A stretch of 64,000 nt of DNA from a virus: IMG/VR virus record IMGVR_UViG_3300020411_000003; one strand, 5' to 3'. This document shows positions 55,453 through 62,825 of this stretch, piece by piece. Under the pieces are notes generated by a model. That model did no database searches. It worked only from the letters and a program-made list of their open reading frames with translations, and was not told the DNA's origin. Made by a program: the position numbers and the translations under genes. Each line of letters begins with the position of its first letter. Positions within the stretch are counted from its first letter, which is position 1.

Positions 55453-57257
55453 TATTCTTTAGTCGCTGTAAATTTGCTCTTTGCTACATCTACGTCAAGA
55501 TATACTTCTCTAAGTACAGTGACATCGTTAGATGCAGGTTTCACACGCAGTTCAATACGATTATCAGAAAAACTTCCTTGAATGATTGTCAAGTCATACA
55601 ACATGATCTCACCTTTGGCATAATCTATATCACCCAAAGAGTCATTTAGGACAATTTTGTCGCCTGACACTGGATCTAGTCTATATAGGACTATTTTTCC
55701 AGATCGATCCTCCAAATACGTGGTATAGTTTGGATATTCTAAGGTTATGAAACCTGTTGAAGAGACCACTGGATTATCACAATCTGTAGCAAACTCATTC
55801 TGATAACAGATCTCATAGAATGTAGATGAATTCAACTGTGCAATAAAATCTTTTCTGAGTGTGACTGAGGTTAGGTTAGATTTGATTGCTCTATCCGACT
55901 CGTCAATGACACTCACAAATTTAGAATATCTGAACTTACCATTGAATTTCTCAGTCTGAGAAGTCTTCAAATATTCTGTGATACCCTTAGCAGCATTACC
56001 TGCTACTTGTTGCGGAAGTAGTTCTGTCTTATTTCCATCAAAGAAGATTTTCGAATCTAATTCAACATAAAGAATAGAAGGATCCACCAATACTGGTCTA
56101 ATCGATCCAATAGAATACTTCTTCAGATCATTCACAATCTGATTCTTAGTATATGCAGAAAGGAATGACGCATCAGTAGGTTTGATAGCAATAAAGACCT
56201 TACCATAGTCAGGTGGTACTTGCTCCTCTCCACCAAATACAATAATATCACTAATTGCAGGATATACGTTACGTGCAATCACTTCATAGTCAGAACTTGT
56301 GACTGCTCTGTTCTGTGAAGAGAAGAACTTAGGTGCAAGATACTTGATCTTATCAACACTCTCAATATCCTCTCCACCTTCTGCTTTCTGTAAAGTTGTG
56401 ATTCCACTGACACTGAAAGGAACCGTTAATGTACCTCCACCATCGTCTAGAACGCCACCAAACGTAAATGTCTTAGCACCATTAACATCTTTGCCGTGAG
56501 TGACCACATAGGAGATCTCAACGACGTTTCCGTTATCTAGTGATTTACCTAATACACCATCTCCAAAGATAATCTCATAAGACTCATCTTCAATCTCATT
56601 CACAAAATAGATTAATGAATCAGCATTCACACCAGGATCTAGAATATTATCTGCTTTCTTCCACTCCTCGAAGTCTGTGCTGTTTGAGCTATTGTATACT
56701 TTTATCGTTAAAGTGTTGATATCTGCCTTACTATTCTCAATTTTGAACTTCTGTCCTTTTAAGGCTGTGGAAAACGCCGTTCTAGTTGTGATTAACGTAC
56801 CCTCAACTATCTGGATATCCTCAAATTGTGCAACACCGTTTGCGACTTCTGCCTTAAAGTCCTTTGTTGCTACAAATTGATAGTTAGTATCGTCAAAATT
56901 AGTTAAGAATCCTGTTCCTGCTTTTAGAAGAACATAATCAGGAGCGTTATTCGGAATATTAACGTTAAAACTAAGTCTCGCTGTCGATGCTGTAATTGAC
57001 TTGGGAGTATAACCTAACTGTTTCGCCAGAGACACCACATTGTCCCTCAGAGACGCAGAATCTAGAAACAGTTCATTCACTACCATATTGGTATTAAATG
57101 CTGTATAGTACGTATTATAAGCAAGTACGTCTAAAAGTTGACTCAGGGTAGATCCTTCGAAGTCATAATCGGTAAAATCTGTTTCTGCTCTCAAATAATC
57201 CTTGAGAGATGACTTTATATCTTTAAAGTCAAGATTGGCGAGTTGTGTGTAAGGCAT
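55452..57257 (-). CDS. gp6: Baseplate wedge subunit gp6
   Basis: LDFKDIK.SLKDYL....FTDYDFEGS.LS.LLDVLAYNTYY.AFN.NM..NE.FLDSA.LR.NVVS.AK.LGY and QNRAVT..DYE. Confidence 0.93.
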   Translation of the reverse strand: MPYTQLANLDFKDIKSSLKDYLRAETDFTDYDFEGSTLSQLLDVLAYNTYYTAFNTNMVVNELFLDSASLRDNVVSLAKQLGYTPKSITASTARLSFNVNIPNNAPDYVLLKAGTGFLTNFDDTNYQFVATKDFKAEVANGVAQFEDIQIVEGTLITTRTAFSTALKGQKFKIENSKADINTLTIKVYNSSNSTDFEEWKKADNILDPGVNADSLIYFVNEIEDESYEIIFGDGVLGKSLDNGNVVEISYVVTHGKDVNGAKTFTFGGVLDDGGGTLTVPFSVSGITTLQKAEGGEDIESVDKIKYLAPKFFSSQNRAVTSSDYEVIARNVYPAISDIIVFGGEEQVPPDYGKVFIAIKPTDASFLSAYTKNQIVNDLKKYSIGSIRPVLVDPSILYVELDSKIFFDGNKTELLPQQVAGNAAKGITEYLKTSQTEKFNGKFRYSKFVSVIDESDRAIKSNLTSVTLRKDFIAQLNSSTFYEICYQNEFATDCDNPVVSSTGFITLEYPNYTTYLEDRSGKIVLYRLDPVSGDKIVLNDSLGDIDYAKGEIMLYDLTIIQGSFSDNRIELRVKPASNDVTVLREVYLDVDVAKSKFTATKE

Positions 57258-57655
57258 TATCGTGTACGGCTCAAGAAGAAGTCTACTGTAACAGGAGGTT
57301 GTCTAAGTCCTAAAATCTTATAACTCATCTCTACATCAAATCCATCATCGGAATGATTTGGTTCAATGGACAATGATGTAATCGCAACTCTTGGTTCATA
57401 CTCTTGTATAGAACTCATGATTGCAGACTTGATTAAACTTGCAGTAGCGTAATCTAACGGTTCAAATAAAAAACGGCGAAGACTGCTACCCAATTCGGGT
57501 TGAAACAGTCTTTCGCCTTTATTAGTTAACAAAAGTGTTGTGATAGATTGTTGAATGGCAGCAGCGTTCTTAGTAACCAACAAATCGTCAGTTACAGGAT
57601 GCTTTTTAAACGTAAGTGATAAATCCTTGAAGGATTGTGTAAACTTAGTAGCCAC
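57257..57655 (-). CDS. gp25: Baseplate wedge subunit gp25
   Basis: FKDLSL.F..HPVT.DL...KN..AI.QSI..L..T..GER.F.P.LGS...LFEP and EPRV. Confidence 0.93.
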   Translation of the reverse strand: MATKFTQSFKDLSLTFKKHPVTDDLLVTKNAAAIQQSITTLLLTNKGERLFQPELGSSLRRFLFEPLDYATASLIKSAIMSSIQEYEPRVAITSLSIEPNHSDDGFDVEMSYKILGLRQPPVTVDFFLSRTR

Positions 57656-57683
57656 TCAAACAAATTAGAATACTCCAATTTAT

Positions 57684-57977
57684 TTAGACGCTATAAAATG
57701 TATATTTAAGGAACAACTCCTCTCCTTTCTTAATAGGTCGGATCGTCATCATATGATAGATCTTACCCCACTCCTCTTGCTTATACCCTTTTACACAGTT
57801 TGGATCATCGGAATGATTCACAAATCCCCCTAAAGGAGTTCTCATAATATCATTATCCACTACGACATGAGAAATACCCAGATAAACATTATCTGGTATA
57901 TCCTGAGTCGCAAAAAGACCTTGCCCTGCGACGGGACTGTCTTTAACATGTAGATAACTTGGTAGTGCTTGATACAT
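57684..57977 (-). CDS. Minimal SET-domain protein (putative lysine methyltransferase, 97 aa)
   Basis: SPVAGQGLFATQDI, GFVNHSDDPNC and RPIKKGEELFLKY are SET signatures. Start moved to the ATG at 57977. Confidence 0.8.
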   Translation of the reverse strand: MYQALPSYLHVKDSPVAGQGLFATQDIPDNVYLGISHVVVDNDIMRTPLGGFVNHSDDPNCVKGYKQEEWGKIYHMMTIRPIKKGEELFLKYTFYSV

Positions 57978-58023
57978 TTTAACTATTCCTTTCGGAGATT
58001 TCGGCGTTTCGGAGCACCGCCCT

Positions 58024-58170
58024 CTAACGTCCTTGACCTCGATACCTCTTAGGTGCTTTATTCCTAGAAGATGCAGAATACTTCGTATGCTGTCCTTTTC
58101 CCTGACGAGTCTTCTTCGGAATTGCTTCAACGTAGCTTCCACCACTCAAAGTTTTTTTACGGATTGCCAT
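58024..58170 (-). CDS. Small highly basic protein (48 aa)
   Basis: Below the ORF-track cutoff. Hand translation: MAIRKKTLSGGSYVEAIPKKTRQGKGQHTKYSASSRNKAPKRYRGQGR; GGAG upstream. Confidence 0.7.
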   Translation of the reverse strand: MAIRKKTLSGGSYVEAIPKKTRQGKGQHTKYSASSRNKAPKRYRGQGR

Positions 58171-58209
58171 AGTAATTAACTAACTCCTTTCATTATAACA
58201 CAAGACTCG

Positions 58210-58506
58210 CTAACCGACAACCACACGGTCATATCCTCCAGTAATTGTTCCCTGACATGCAGAGTCCCCTGAACGTGCGAGTGGTTCTCCACCTACCTCG
58301 ACAGTTGAGGATCCTGCGTTTACCGCAGTGACATGTGGAACACAGTCTTTGCCAACTAGATGGGTATGTGATTCTAGGGCAGAACCTTCAACTGCTGCTG
58401 CTTTACCGCCTATCATCACAGAGTCGTCTCCAGATGCAATAGTCGTTGTACTTTCACAGGAGTGTCCAGTACTTACTTGGTCTCCTTTTCTTGCTGCTGC
58501 TGGCAT
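58210..58506 (-). CDS. PAAR-domain spike tip protein (gp5.4-like)
   Basis: MPAAARKGD...GH.C, SHTH..C.PH, GS.TV.VGG.PLAR.GD..C; adjacent to gp25. Confidence 0.88.
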   Translation of the reverse strand: MPAAARKGDQVSTGHSCESTTTIASGDDSVMIGGKAAAVEGSALESHTHLVGKDCVPHVTAVNAGSSTVEVGGEPLARSGDSACQGTITGGYDRVVVG

Positions 58507-58611
58507 TCTTCTAAAGCTATTTGTACACTCTCAACATATTTACCCATAGAAAGATGTAGAGTGTTTATCGATATAGTGTCATGAATGAACAGAATATCTC
58601 TATGCATTGAT

Positions 58612-58830
58612 TCATCCACCTGTATATCTCCCTAATATATCAATCTTATTGTAGATGTCATTCAACGTCTGCGTCAATGTCCAATACTCCTTCGACATGG
58701 GTGGCTTGTACATTAATTGGAGGTTCTCTAAACTCTTCACTCTCTGTTCCAAGTTCGTCAATTTCTGCGACAACTGCTGGAGTTGCTCGTTCAACTGTTT
58801 TAGTGTCAATTGTTGCTGTGGATCCATCAT
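58612..58830 (-). CDS. Small coiled-coil hypothetical protein
   Basis: LEQRVKSLENLQLMYKPP...TL.QTLNDIYNKI; overlaps 58658-58933 in another frame. Confidence 0.6.
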   Translation of the reverse strand: MMDPQQQLTLKQLNEQLQQLSQKLTNLEQRVKSLENLQLMYKPPMSKEYWTLTQTLNDIYNKIDILGRYTGG

Positions 58831-58933
58831 CTACTCCTTGAAAGCGTTTGTTAGCAGCATTCTCAAATTCATCACAGAAATGTTCAAAATCATTCAATGC
58901 TTTCTCATAATAGTTTAAGTTCTCTTTGGTCAT
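58658..58933 (-). CDS. Small acidic hypothetical protein
   Basis: MTKENLNYYEKALNDFEHFCDEFENAA; ATGA-coupled to the upstream stop at 58930. Confidence 0.65.
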   Translation of the reverse strand: MTKENLNYYEKALNDFEHFCDEFENAANKRFQGVDDGSTATIDTKTVERATPAVVAEIDELGTESEEFREPPINVQATHVEGVLDIDADVE

Positions 58934-59163
58934 AGTCCCATGCTCTTCCCAAAACTTGATACTGGTTTACCTCCAGACATACCTGGAAGATCCCCAATGG
59001 GGTCATTTGCTGGATCACTCTTAAACCTTGCGTCTAATTCGAATTGTTCGAATCGTTTCTCAAGATGACTGATACGGCGTTCTAGCGTTTTTTCCATATC
59101 CCCTACCCGACTCTGCAATTGCATTAACTGCATCAGGATTTCACTTGTTGTAACTCTTGCCAT
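58930..59163 (-). CDS. Small coiled-coil hypothetical protein (77 aa)
   Basis: Start moved to the ATG at 59163, 2 nt after the upstream stop. Confidence 0.65.
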   Translation of the reverse strand: MARVTTSEILMQLMQLQSRVGDMEKTLERRISHLEKRFEQFELDARFKSDPANDPIGDLPGMSGGKPVSSFGKSMGL

Positions 59164-59165
59164 GC

Positions 59166-59351
59166 TTATAAAATGATTATAGTAATTATAACACCTTCTG
59201 CGAATGCTAACCACTGTATTTGATAGTTTGATAACCCAGTTTTCTTTTGGAACCATCGGATACTTTTCTTATGCAGCATCGCAGTTCCGATTCTTCGTTG
59301 ATTAAACCACCTCGCAACCTTCTCTGCTTTGCTTAATTCTCTATATGCCAT
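59166..59351 (-). CDS. Small basic protein with a C-terminal hydrophobic (membrane) segment (61 aa)
   Basis: Start moved to the ATG at 59351; ends WLAFAEGVIITIIIL. Confidence 0.6.
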   Translation of the reverse strand: MAYRELSKAEKVARWFNQRRIGTAMLHKKSIRWFQKKTGLSNYQIQWLAFAEGVIITIIIL

Positions 59352-59511
59352 AACGAACCTTTTTGGGGAAATTTTTGCTGGAAAATTTTTTTGGAATTCA
59401 AGGTTTTGAATTTCTAATTTTGTAATTATATTTATCACGCTCTGGGAAACGTTTGTAGGTTAGAAAGGTTCCACGTTTTTCGCTCGGCAACCCCATCGGT
59501 CGGGGGATCAC

Positions 59512-59538
59512 AAAAAAACCCTGTCTCAGGGACAGGGT
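59512..59538 (-). terminator. Intrinsic terminator closing the early-type cluster
   Basis: ACCCTGTC-CCTGA-GACAGGGT followed by a U-run on -. Confidence 0.85.
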
Positions 59539-59550
59539 GTGCTAGACTGT

Positions 59551-59814
59551 TTAGTAGTAGCAACCGTTGCGACTCTCGCCCCAACCGTTCCTAAAATACT
59601 CCTCACGTTCTCGATCCCTACACTGTGGGTCGCCTAGATCATCCATGACATCTTGTAAGAAATTCACGGGTGAGACTTCGACTGTGTGAGGTGCGATACC
59701 TGCACATGCTCTGTCATGCTCGGCAGTCATCTGAGCAAGGATTGATTTCATAGCAGCAATGACAACGGGGTCTTTACGTGCTGCTTCGTTTGTGATGAAG
59801 ATGTTTTGATTCAT
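59551..59814 (-). CDS. Early-type hypothetical protein (87 aa), probably leaderless
   Basis: The ATG at 59814 lies exactly 7 nt from the TATAAT at 59821-59826. Confidence 0.65.
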   Translation of the reverse strand: MNQNIFITNEAARKDPVVIAAMKSILAQMTAEHDRACAGIAPHTVEVSPVNFLQDVMDDLGDPQCRDREREEYFRNGWGESRNGCYY

Positions 59815-59820
59815 GCTCTT

Positions 59821-59856
59821 ATTATAGAGGATGAGGGGACGGATGCCCATCCCCTC
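59821..59856 (-). promoter_or_regulatory. Sigma70-like early promoter: TATAAT with a GC-rich hairpin over the -35 position
   Basis: TATAAT at 59821-59826; inverted repeat GAGGGGA/TCCCCTC at 59833-59856; TGGGCA at 17-nt spacing. Confidence 0.65.
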
Positions 59857-59863
59857 TTAACAA

Positions 59864-59995
59864 TCAGTAACACAACTCGCATCGGATGCCAGCACCTTGA
59901 TAGAATGCCAACATCTCAAGTGCTTTCGCTTCGGTGCTGAAAGAAATCTTTCTAGCGTTGCGTTGGTCGTTGGGTGTCCAGTAGCGAATAGTCAT
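59864..59995 (-). CDS. Small early-type hypothetical protein (43 aa)
   Basis: Hand translation: MTIRYWTPNDQRNARKISFSTEAKALEMLAFYQGAGIRCELCY; TAATG coupling to the upstream gene. Confidence 0.65.
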   Translation of the reverse strand: MTIRYWTPNDQRNARKISFSTEAKALEMLAFYQGAGIRCELCY

Positions 59996-60300
59996 TAATT
60001 AAAAATGGCGTTGGTTTGCACTTGTGAGATGAGAACAGATTCTTGACTGAACTGTTTCTTATATGCTGCTGCTATGCAGTTGAGTGATATCATGTGATCA
60101 TCAACCTCAGAGTCAGGGCATTCAAGATAGAAAATCTTGGTCTGTTCAAGTGTACCTTTCCAGAGACCCTCACCGTCTATGAATGTGCCATACTCGAAGT
60201 GTGGCATAATCTCACGGCGAATAAACTCATCCATCATGTAATCAGTAACTGTGCCATTGTTGGGAATGTCACGACCCATGATGAGTTCAAGTCTTTTCAA
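59995..60300 (-). CDS. DUF3574-like / phage SAM-lyase-like small ferredoxin-fold protein
   Basis: L.MGR.IP...F....GTFIDGEGLWKG..EQT.IF...IAAAYKKQFSQESVL; TTG start with a GGAG RBS. Confidence 0.6.
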   Translation of the reverse strand: MKRLELIMGRDIPNNGTVTDYMMDEFIRREIMPHFEYGTFIDGEGLWKGTLEQTKIFYLECPDSEVDDHMISLNCIAAAYKKQFSQESVLISQVQTNAIFN

Positions 60301-60326
60301 AAGTGCTCCTTTGTGTGTACTCTCTT

Positions 60327-60384
60327 ATTATACACAAAAAAAGACCCCGTGCTAGGGGTCTTGGGACACTTTGTGAACTGTCAC
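60327..60384 (-). promoter_or_regulatory. Early promoter module: 22-bp palindromic box + terminator-like hairpin + TATAAT
   Basis: Box GTGACAGTT-CACA-AAGTGTCCC (60363-60384); stem AAGACCCC/GGGGTCTT (60341-60362) with a U-run; TATAAT at 60327-60332. Confidence 0.75.
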
Positions 60385-60626
60385 CCAGTAATAAAACAAT
60401 CGGGTGGGTTCTTGCCATAATGGGTTGAGATGATCTCGTCTGCTGTCTCTTCGAATTCTTGATCATTGATGTGATCAATTAATTCTCTCTCAGACATTGA
60501 ACCGAAATACTCAGTAAGACTAGAGCGAATGTATCGCTCCATGTCGTTGTTGTTCATTCGGTCGAGTTCGATTTCAACGTAGTCTTTGACTAACCAATCG
60601 AAGGTGCAATCATTCGCTTCGGGCAT
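60381..60626 (-). CDS. Acidic early-type hypothetical protein (81 aa)
   Basis: Start moved to the ATG at 60626 (TAATG overlap). Confidence 0.6.
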   Translation of the reverse strand: MPEANDCTFDWLVKDYVEIELDRMNNNDMERYIRSSLTEYFGSMSERELIDHINDQEFEETADEIISTHYGKNPPDCFITG

Positions 60627-60772
60627 TATTGGCACATGTCCTCGAATCTTTGACGGACAGCGAATTCGATGTCGTCTGAATTGCACATAGCGATGTCACC
60701 TGTTTCGGTGAGTTCGCTGATGACCTCTTCGTAAAGAGATTCTAAAATTGATTCGTGATGAAGTGTGCTCAT
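60626..60772 (-). CDS. Acidic early-type hypothetical protein (48 aa, MSTLHHESILE...)
   Basis: Start moved to the ATG at 60772 (TAATG overlap). Confidence 0.65.
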   Translation of the reverse strand: MSTLHHESILESLYEEVISELTETGDIAMCNSDDIEFAVRQRFEDMCQ

Positions 60773-60927
60773 TAGTCGTAGCAAAATGGGGTTGGATTGA
60801 AAATGATCTCGCATGCAGCGTCGAAGTCTGCTTCGTTGATGTGATCGGGTACACCCAAATCCATTAACATTACAAGAGCGTCTGCGAGTGCGGTCTCTTG
60901 TGCTTCGGTGAGTTTGATGTTTCTCAT
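60772..60927 (-). CDS. Early-type hypothetical protein (51 aa), probably leaderless
   Basis: The ATG at 60927 lies exactly 7 nt from the TATAAT at 60934-60939. Confidence 0.6.
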   Translation of the reverse strand: MRNIKLTEAQETALADALVMLMDLGVPDHINEADFDAACEIIFNPTPFCYD

Positions 60928-60933
60928 GTGCTT

Positions 60934-61010
60934 ATTATAATCCGTCTGCATGAACAATCAAGCAAATGTAACGGATTACAACAACGATGAGGACAGTTCA
61001 ATAACTGACC
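60934..61010 (-). promoter_or_regulatory. Early promoter with a TGTAA-N4-TTACA palindrome and an upstream CAGTT-N4-AACTG box
   Basis: TATAAT at 60934-60939; tgtaacggattaca at 60967-60980; ggacagtt-caat-aactgacc at 60991-61010. Confidence 0.6.
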
Positions 61011-61129
61011 GTGTAATCAAGATCCAAAGCGACAAATGAATTAGAATGCGCTTCTATAATGTAGTCATCCTCTTCGGGGTGCTCATCATAGTATTTTAAT
61101 TCATTGTCTACGTACTCTTCCCAGGTCAT
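60998..61129 (-). CDS. Small acidic hypothetical protein (43 aa)
   Basis: Hand translation: MTWEEYVDNELKYYDEHPEEDDYIIEAHSNSFVALDLDYTVSY; GAGGGAG RBS and a TATAAT at 61155-61160 upstream. Confidence 0.5.
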   Translation of the reverse strand: MTWEEYVDNELKYYDEHPEEDDYIIEAHSNSFVALDLDYTVSY

Positions 61130-61359
61130 CGGCAGCTCCCTCGCAGTACTTGTAATTATAACATGAATAGCACATCTTCACAAAAGTCTTTGCATAAAGA
61201 AACAATGCATAAGGCAGCAACGTTTCATTGCATTGCGAAGCAATGTAGCGCAATTGGATTTCTCTCCTATAGGTATAAAAAAAGAGGGCGGTCCGTTGGT
61301 GGCGTGTTGCGTTACGGACCTTTAATAATAATAGTAAACCTAATTAACCCTTACGGATA

Positions 61360-61674
61360 TCACCTGACTATGGTGTATCCGTCGAAAAATGGGGTGTTAC
61401 GGTCTCCAATGTACCAGGTCCAGTCATGCTGGAAGATACGTAGACCATACCCGAAAAAGTTCTCAAGTAGAGCATTTAGACGTGACTTGGTTGTGACTGT
61501 CTCCCAACCTGCACTGCTCAATTGCAAATCGCCATTGTCATGGACCACAGCGATTAGATTGTTATGCAAATACACCTCTGAACGGTTTCCCATTCTGTCA
61601 ACACGTGTGTTGCTGTTGTGCCATGATACACGGTTGTTAACGGCGTTGTTCATTTGCTTTTCAATCTTTCTCAT
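61360..61674 (-). CDS. Early-type hypothetical protein (MRKIEKQM...VYLH.N.IA...GW.T.TTKSRLNA family)
   Basis: Clean ORF downstream of the promoter module at 61700-61757. Confidence 0.75.
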   Translation of the reverse strand: MRKIEKQMNNAVNNRVSWHNSNTRVDRMGNRSEVYLHNNLIAVVHDNGDLQLSSAGWETVTTKSRLNALLENFFGYGLRIFQHDWTWYIGDRNTPFFDGYTIVR

Positions 61675-61699
61675 AGATGCTTTGGTTGAGTACTCCTTA

Positions 61700-61757
61700 A
61701 TTATAGGGCGTGGGGTGCATAATGCAATGCACCCTGTGCCACTTTTTCAACTGGTTT
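61700..61757 (-). promoter_or_regulatory. Early promoter module: 22-bp box + hairpin + TATAAT
   Basis: Box AAACCAGTT-GAAA-AAGTGGCAC (61736-61757); inverted repeat GGGTGCAT/ATGCACCC (61713-61734); TATAAT at 61700-61705. Confidence 0.72.
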
Positions 61758-61941
61758 GACTATCGTAATAGTCGTGGACGAGTGTGACAGAATTAATATC
61801 CCACTCGCTCACATATTCATCAATGACATCAAATGAATTAATGTCAGCGTGTGCAAGTTCTCTCGCTGCGTCCTCTGACTCAGCATCAACCTCAATGGTG
61901 AAATAGTTCACCTCGCAACACTCAATTAAAAATGTTTTCAT
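61747..61941 (-). CDS. Small acidic hypothetical protein
   Basis: 64 aa, with a TIEVDAESEDAARELA motif; coupled to the upstream gene. Confidence 0.65.
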   Translation of the reverse strand: MKTFLIECCEVNYFTIEVDAESEDAARELAHADINSFDVIDEYVSEWDINSVTLVHDYYDSQTS

Positions 61942-62390
61942 TGTCCTAGATAACCAGCGAACATCATTCCTGGTTCATCATAAAACCAAGTGCAGTCAAC
62001 ATCTGGGTATTGTTCACGAAGTTCATAATAGATCCCCTCTGGTGGTGCCCAGGCAGTTTCGAATTCACATTCAAAACTGTATTCGTCACCATCACAATCA
62101 GGTTGATCTATATCCCACTTCGTACCCCAGTTGTTCACGTTCCAATCATACCAGCGATCATCATTTTTACCATCTGGGAAATCATACGTTGTCCACATGA
62201 TAGACCCATCTGGATTTTTCATCTCTCGCTTGACTGGTAATTCGCCTGCCTCGTTTGGTGTATTTTTCCAATCAGGACTAGGTTTGATCTGATTGAATAC
62301 ATTATCACTTTCAAAGATCTTCCGAAGTTTAGCAATTTGCTCTGTGTCTTCAGAATAGAATGAAACACGATTGTTGCACCAATTAGGCAT
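61938..62390 (-). CDS. DUF1281/YubB-like ferredoxin-fold protein
   Basis: MPNWCNN, WYDWN..NWGTKWD, FETAWAPP and YDEPGM.FAG. Confidence 0.78.
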   Translation of the reverse strand: MPNWCNNRVSFYSEDTEQIAKLRKIFESDNVFNQIKPSPDWKNTPNEAGELPVKREMKNPDGSIMWTTYDFPDGKNDDRWYDWNVNNWGTKWDIDQPDCDGDEYSFECEFETAWAPPEGIYYELREQYPDVDCTWFYDEPGMMFAGYLGQ

Positions 62391-62490
62391 AGACTCTCCA
62401 TTTAGGTTTGATGTGGACGAGGTTCAAATTAAAGGCGTGTTCTACATAACTTAATTGAAGGTCTCCGCCACCCGTGCCGTCCACATATTC

Positions 62491-62548
62491 ATTATAGACA
62501 AAAAAAGACCCCTGTTAAGGGGTCTTGTGACACTAATTAAATTGACAC
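62491..62548 (-). promoter_or_regulatory. Early promoter module: 22-bp box + terminator-like hairpin + TATAAT
   Basis: Box GTGTCAATT-TAAT-TAGTGTCAC (62527-62548); stem AAGACCCC/GGGGTCTT (62505-62526) whose loop reads TTAACA on -; TATAAT at 62491-62496. Confidence 0.75.
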
Positions 62549-62797
62549 ACTCTGCACGTATTTCAACGTTGCATCGTATACAGTGCGAACATCCTTGACT
62601 AATTCCTGGACCTCGTACTGATGGATTGCCCATCGTGCCTTTATGTCCTTGATGTATCGATCAGCAGTGATTAGTCTTGCTGATGATGGACGGGAAGACT
62701 TAACAACTGTTTTTGTTGGTGTCTTCTTTACTGCGGTGACCTTGCGTGTGCGTCTCTTACGAGGTGCTTTTGCTGGTGCTGTTGCAGTTGCTGTCAT
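62537..62797 (-). CDS. Early-type protein with a basic, histone-tail-like N-terminus
   Basis: TATATAPAKAPRKRRTRKVTAVKKTPTK...; start moved to the ATG at 62797 (the one at 62827 overlaps the -10 box). Confidence 0.7.
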   Translation of the reverse strand: MTATATAPAKAPRKRRTRKVTAVKKTPTKTVVKSSRPSSARLITADRYIKDIKARWAIHQYEVQELVKDVRTVYDATLKYVQSVSI

Positions 62798-62825
62798 AAA
62801 TGAATCAAATTTGATTGACTGATTC

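Noticed and set aside
51520-56774. Isolated TTTTCCACA matches inside gp7 (51520-51528) and gp6 (56766-56774)
   Set aside because: Single copies in coding sequence at about the frequency expected by chance.
2190-56880. Numerous short plus-strand ORFs (60-166 aa) antisense to the large genes
   Set aside because: They are shadow ORFs of strongly biased minus-strand coding sequence, with no motifs, RBS or promoters.
57978-58145. N-terminal extension of the SET ORF (and similar extensions on the ORFs ending at 14368, 23432, 59256, 59438, 59850, 60686, 60814 and 60957)
   Set aside because: The extensions run through other genes, promoters or terminators. Downstream ATGs fit stop/start coupling or promoter position better.
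60967-60980. TGTAA-CGGA-TTACA as an NtcA box
   Set aside because: The spacing is GTA-N6-TAC, whereas NtcA needs GTA-N8-TAC. Kept only as an unnamed palindrome.
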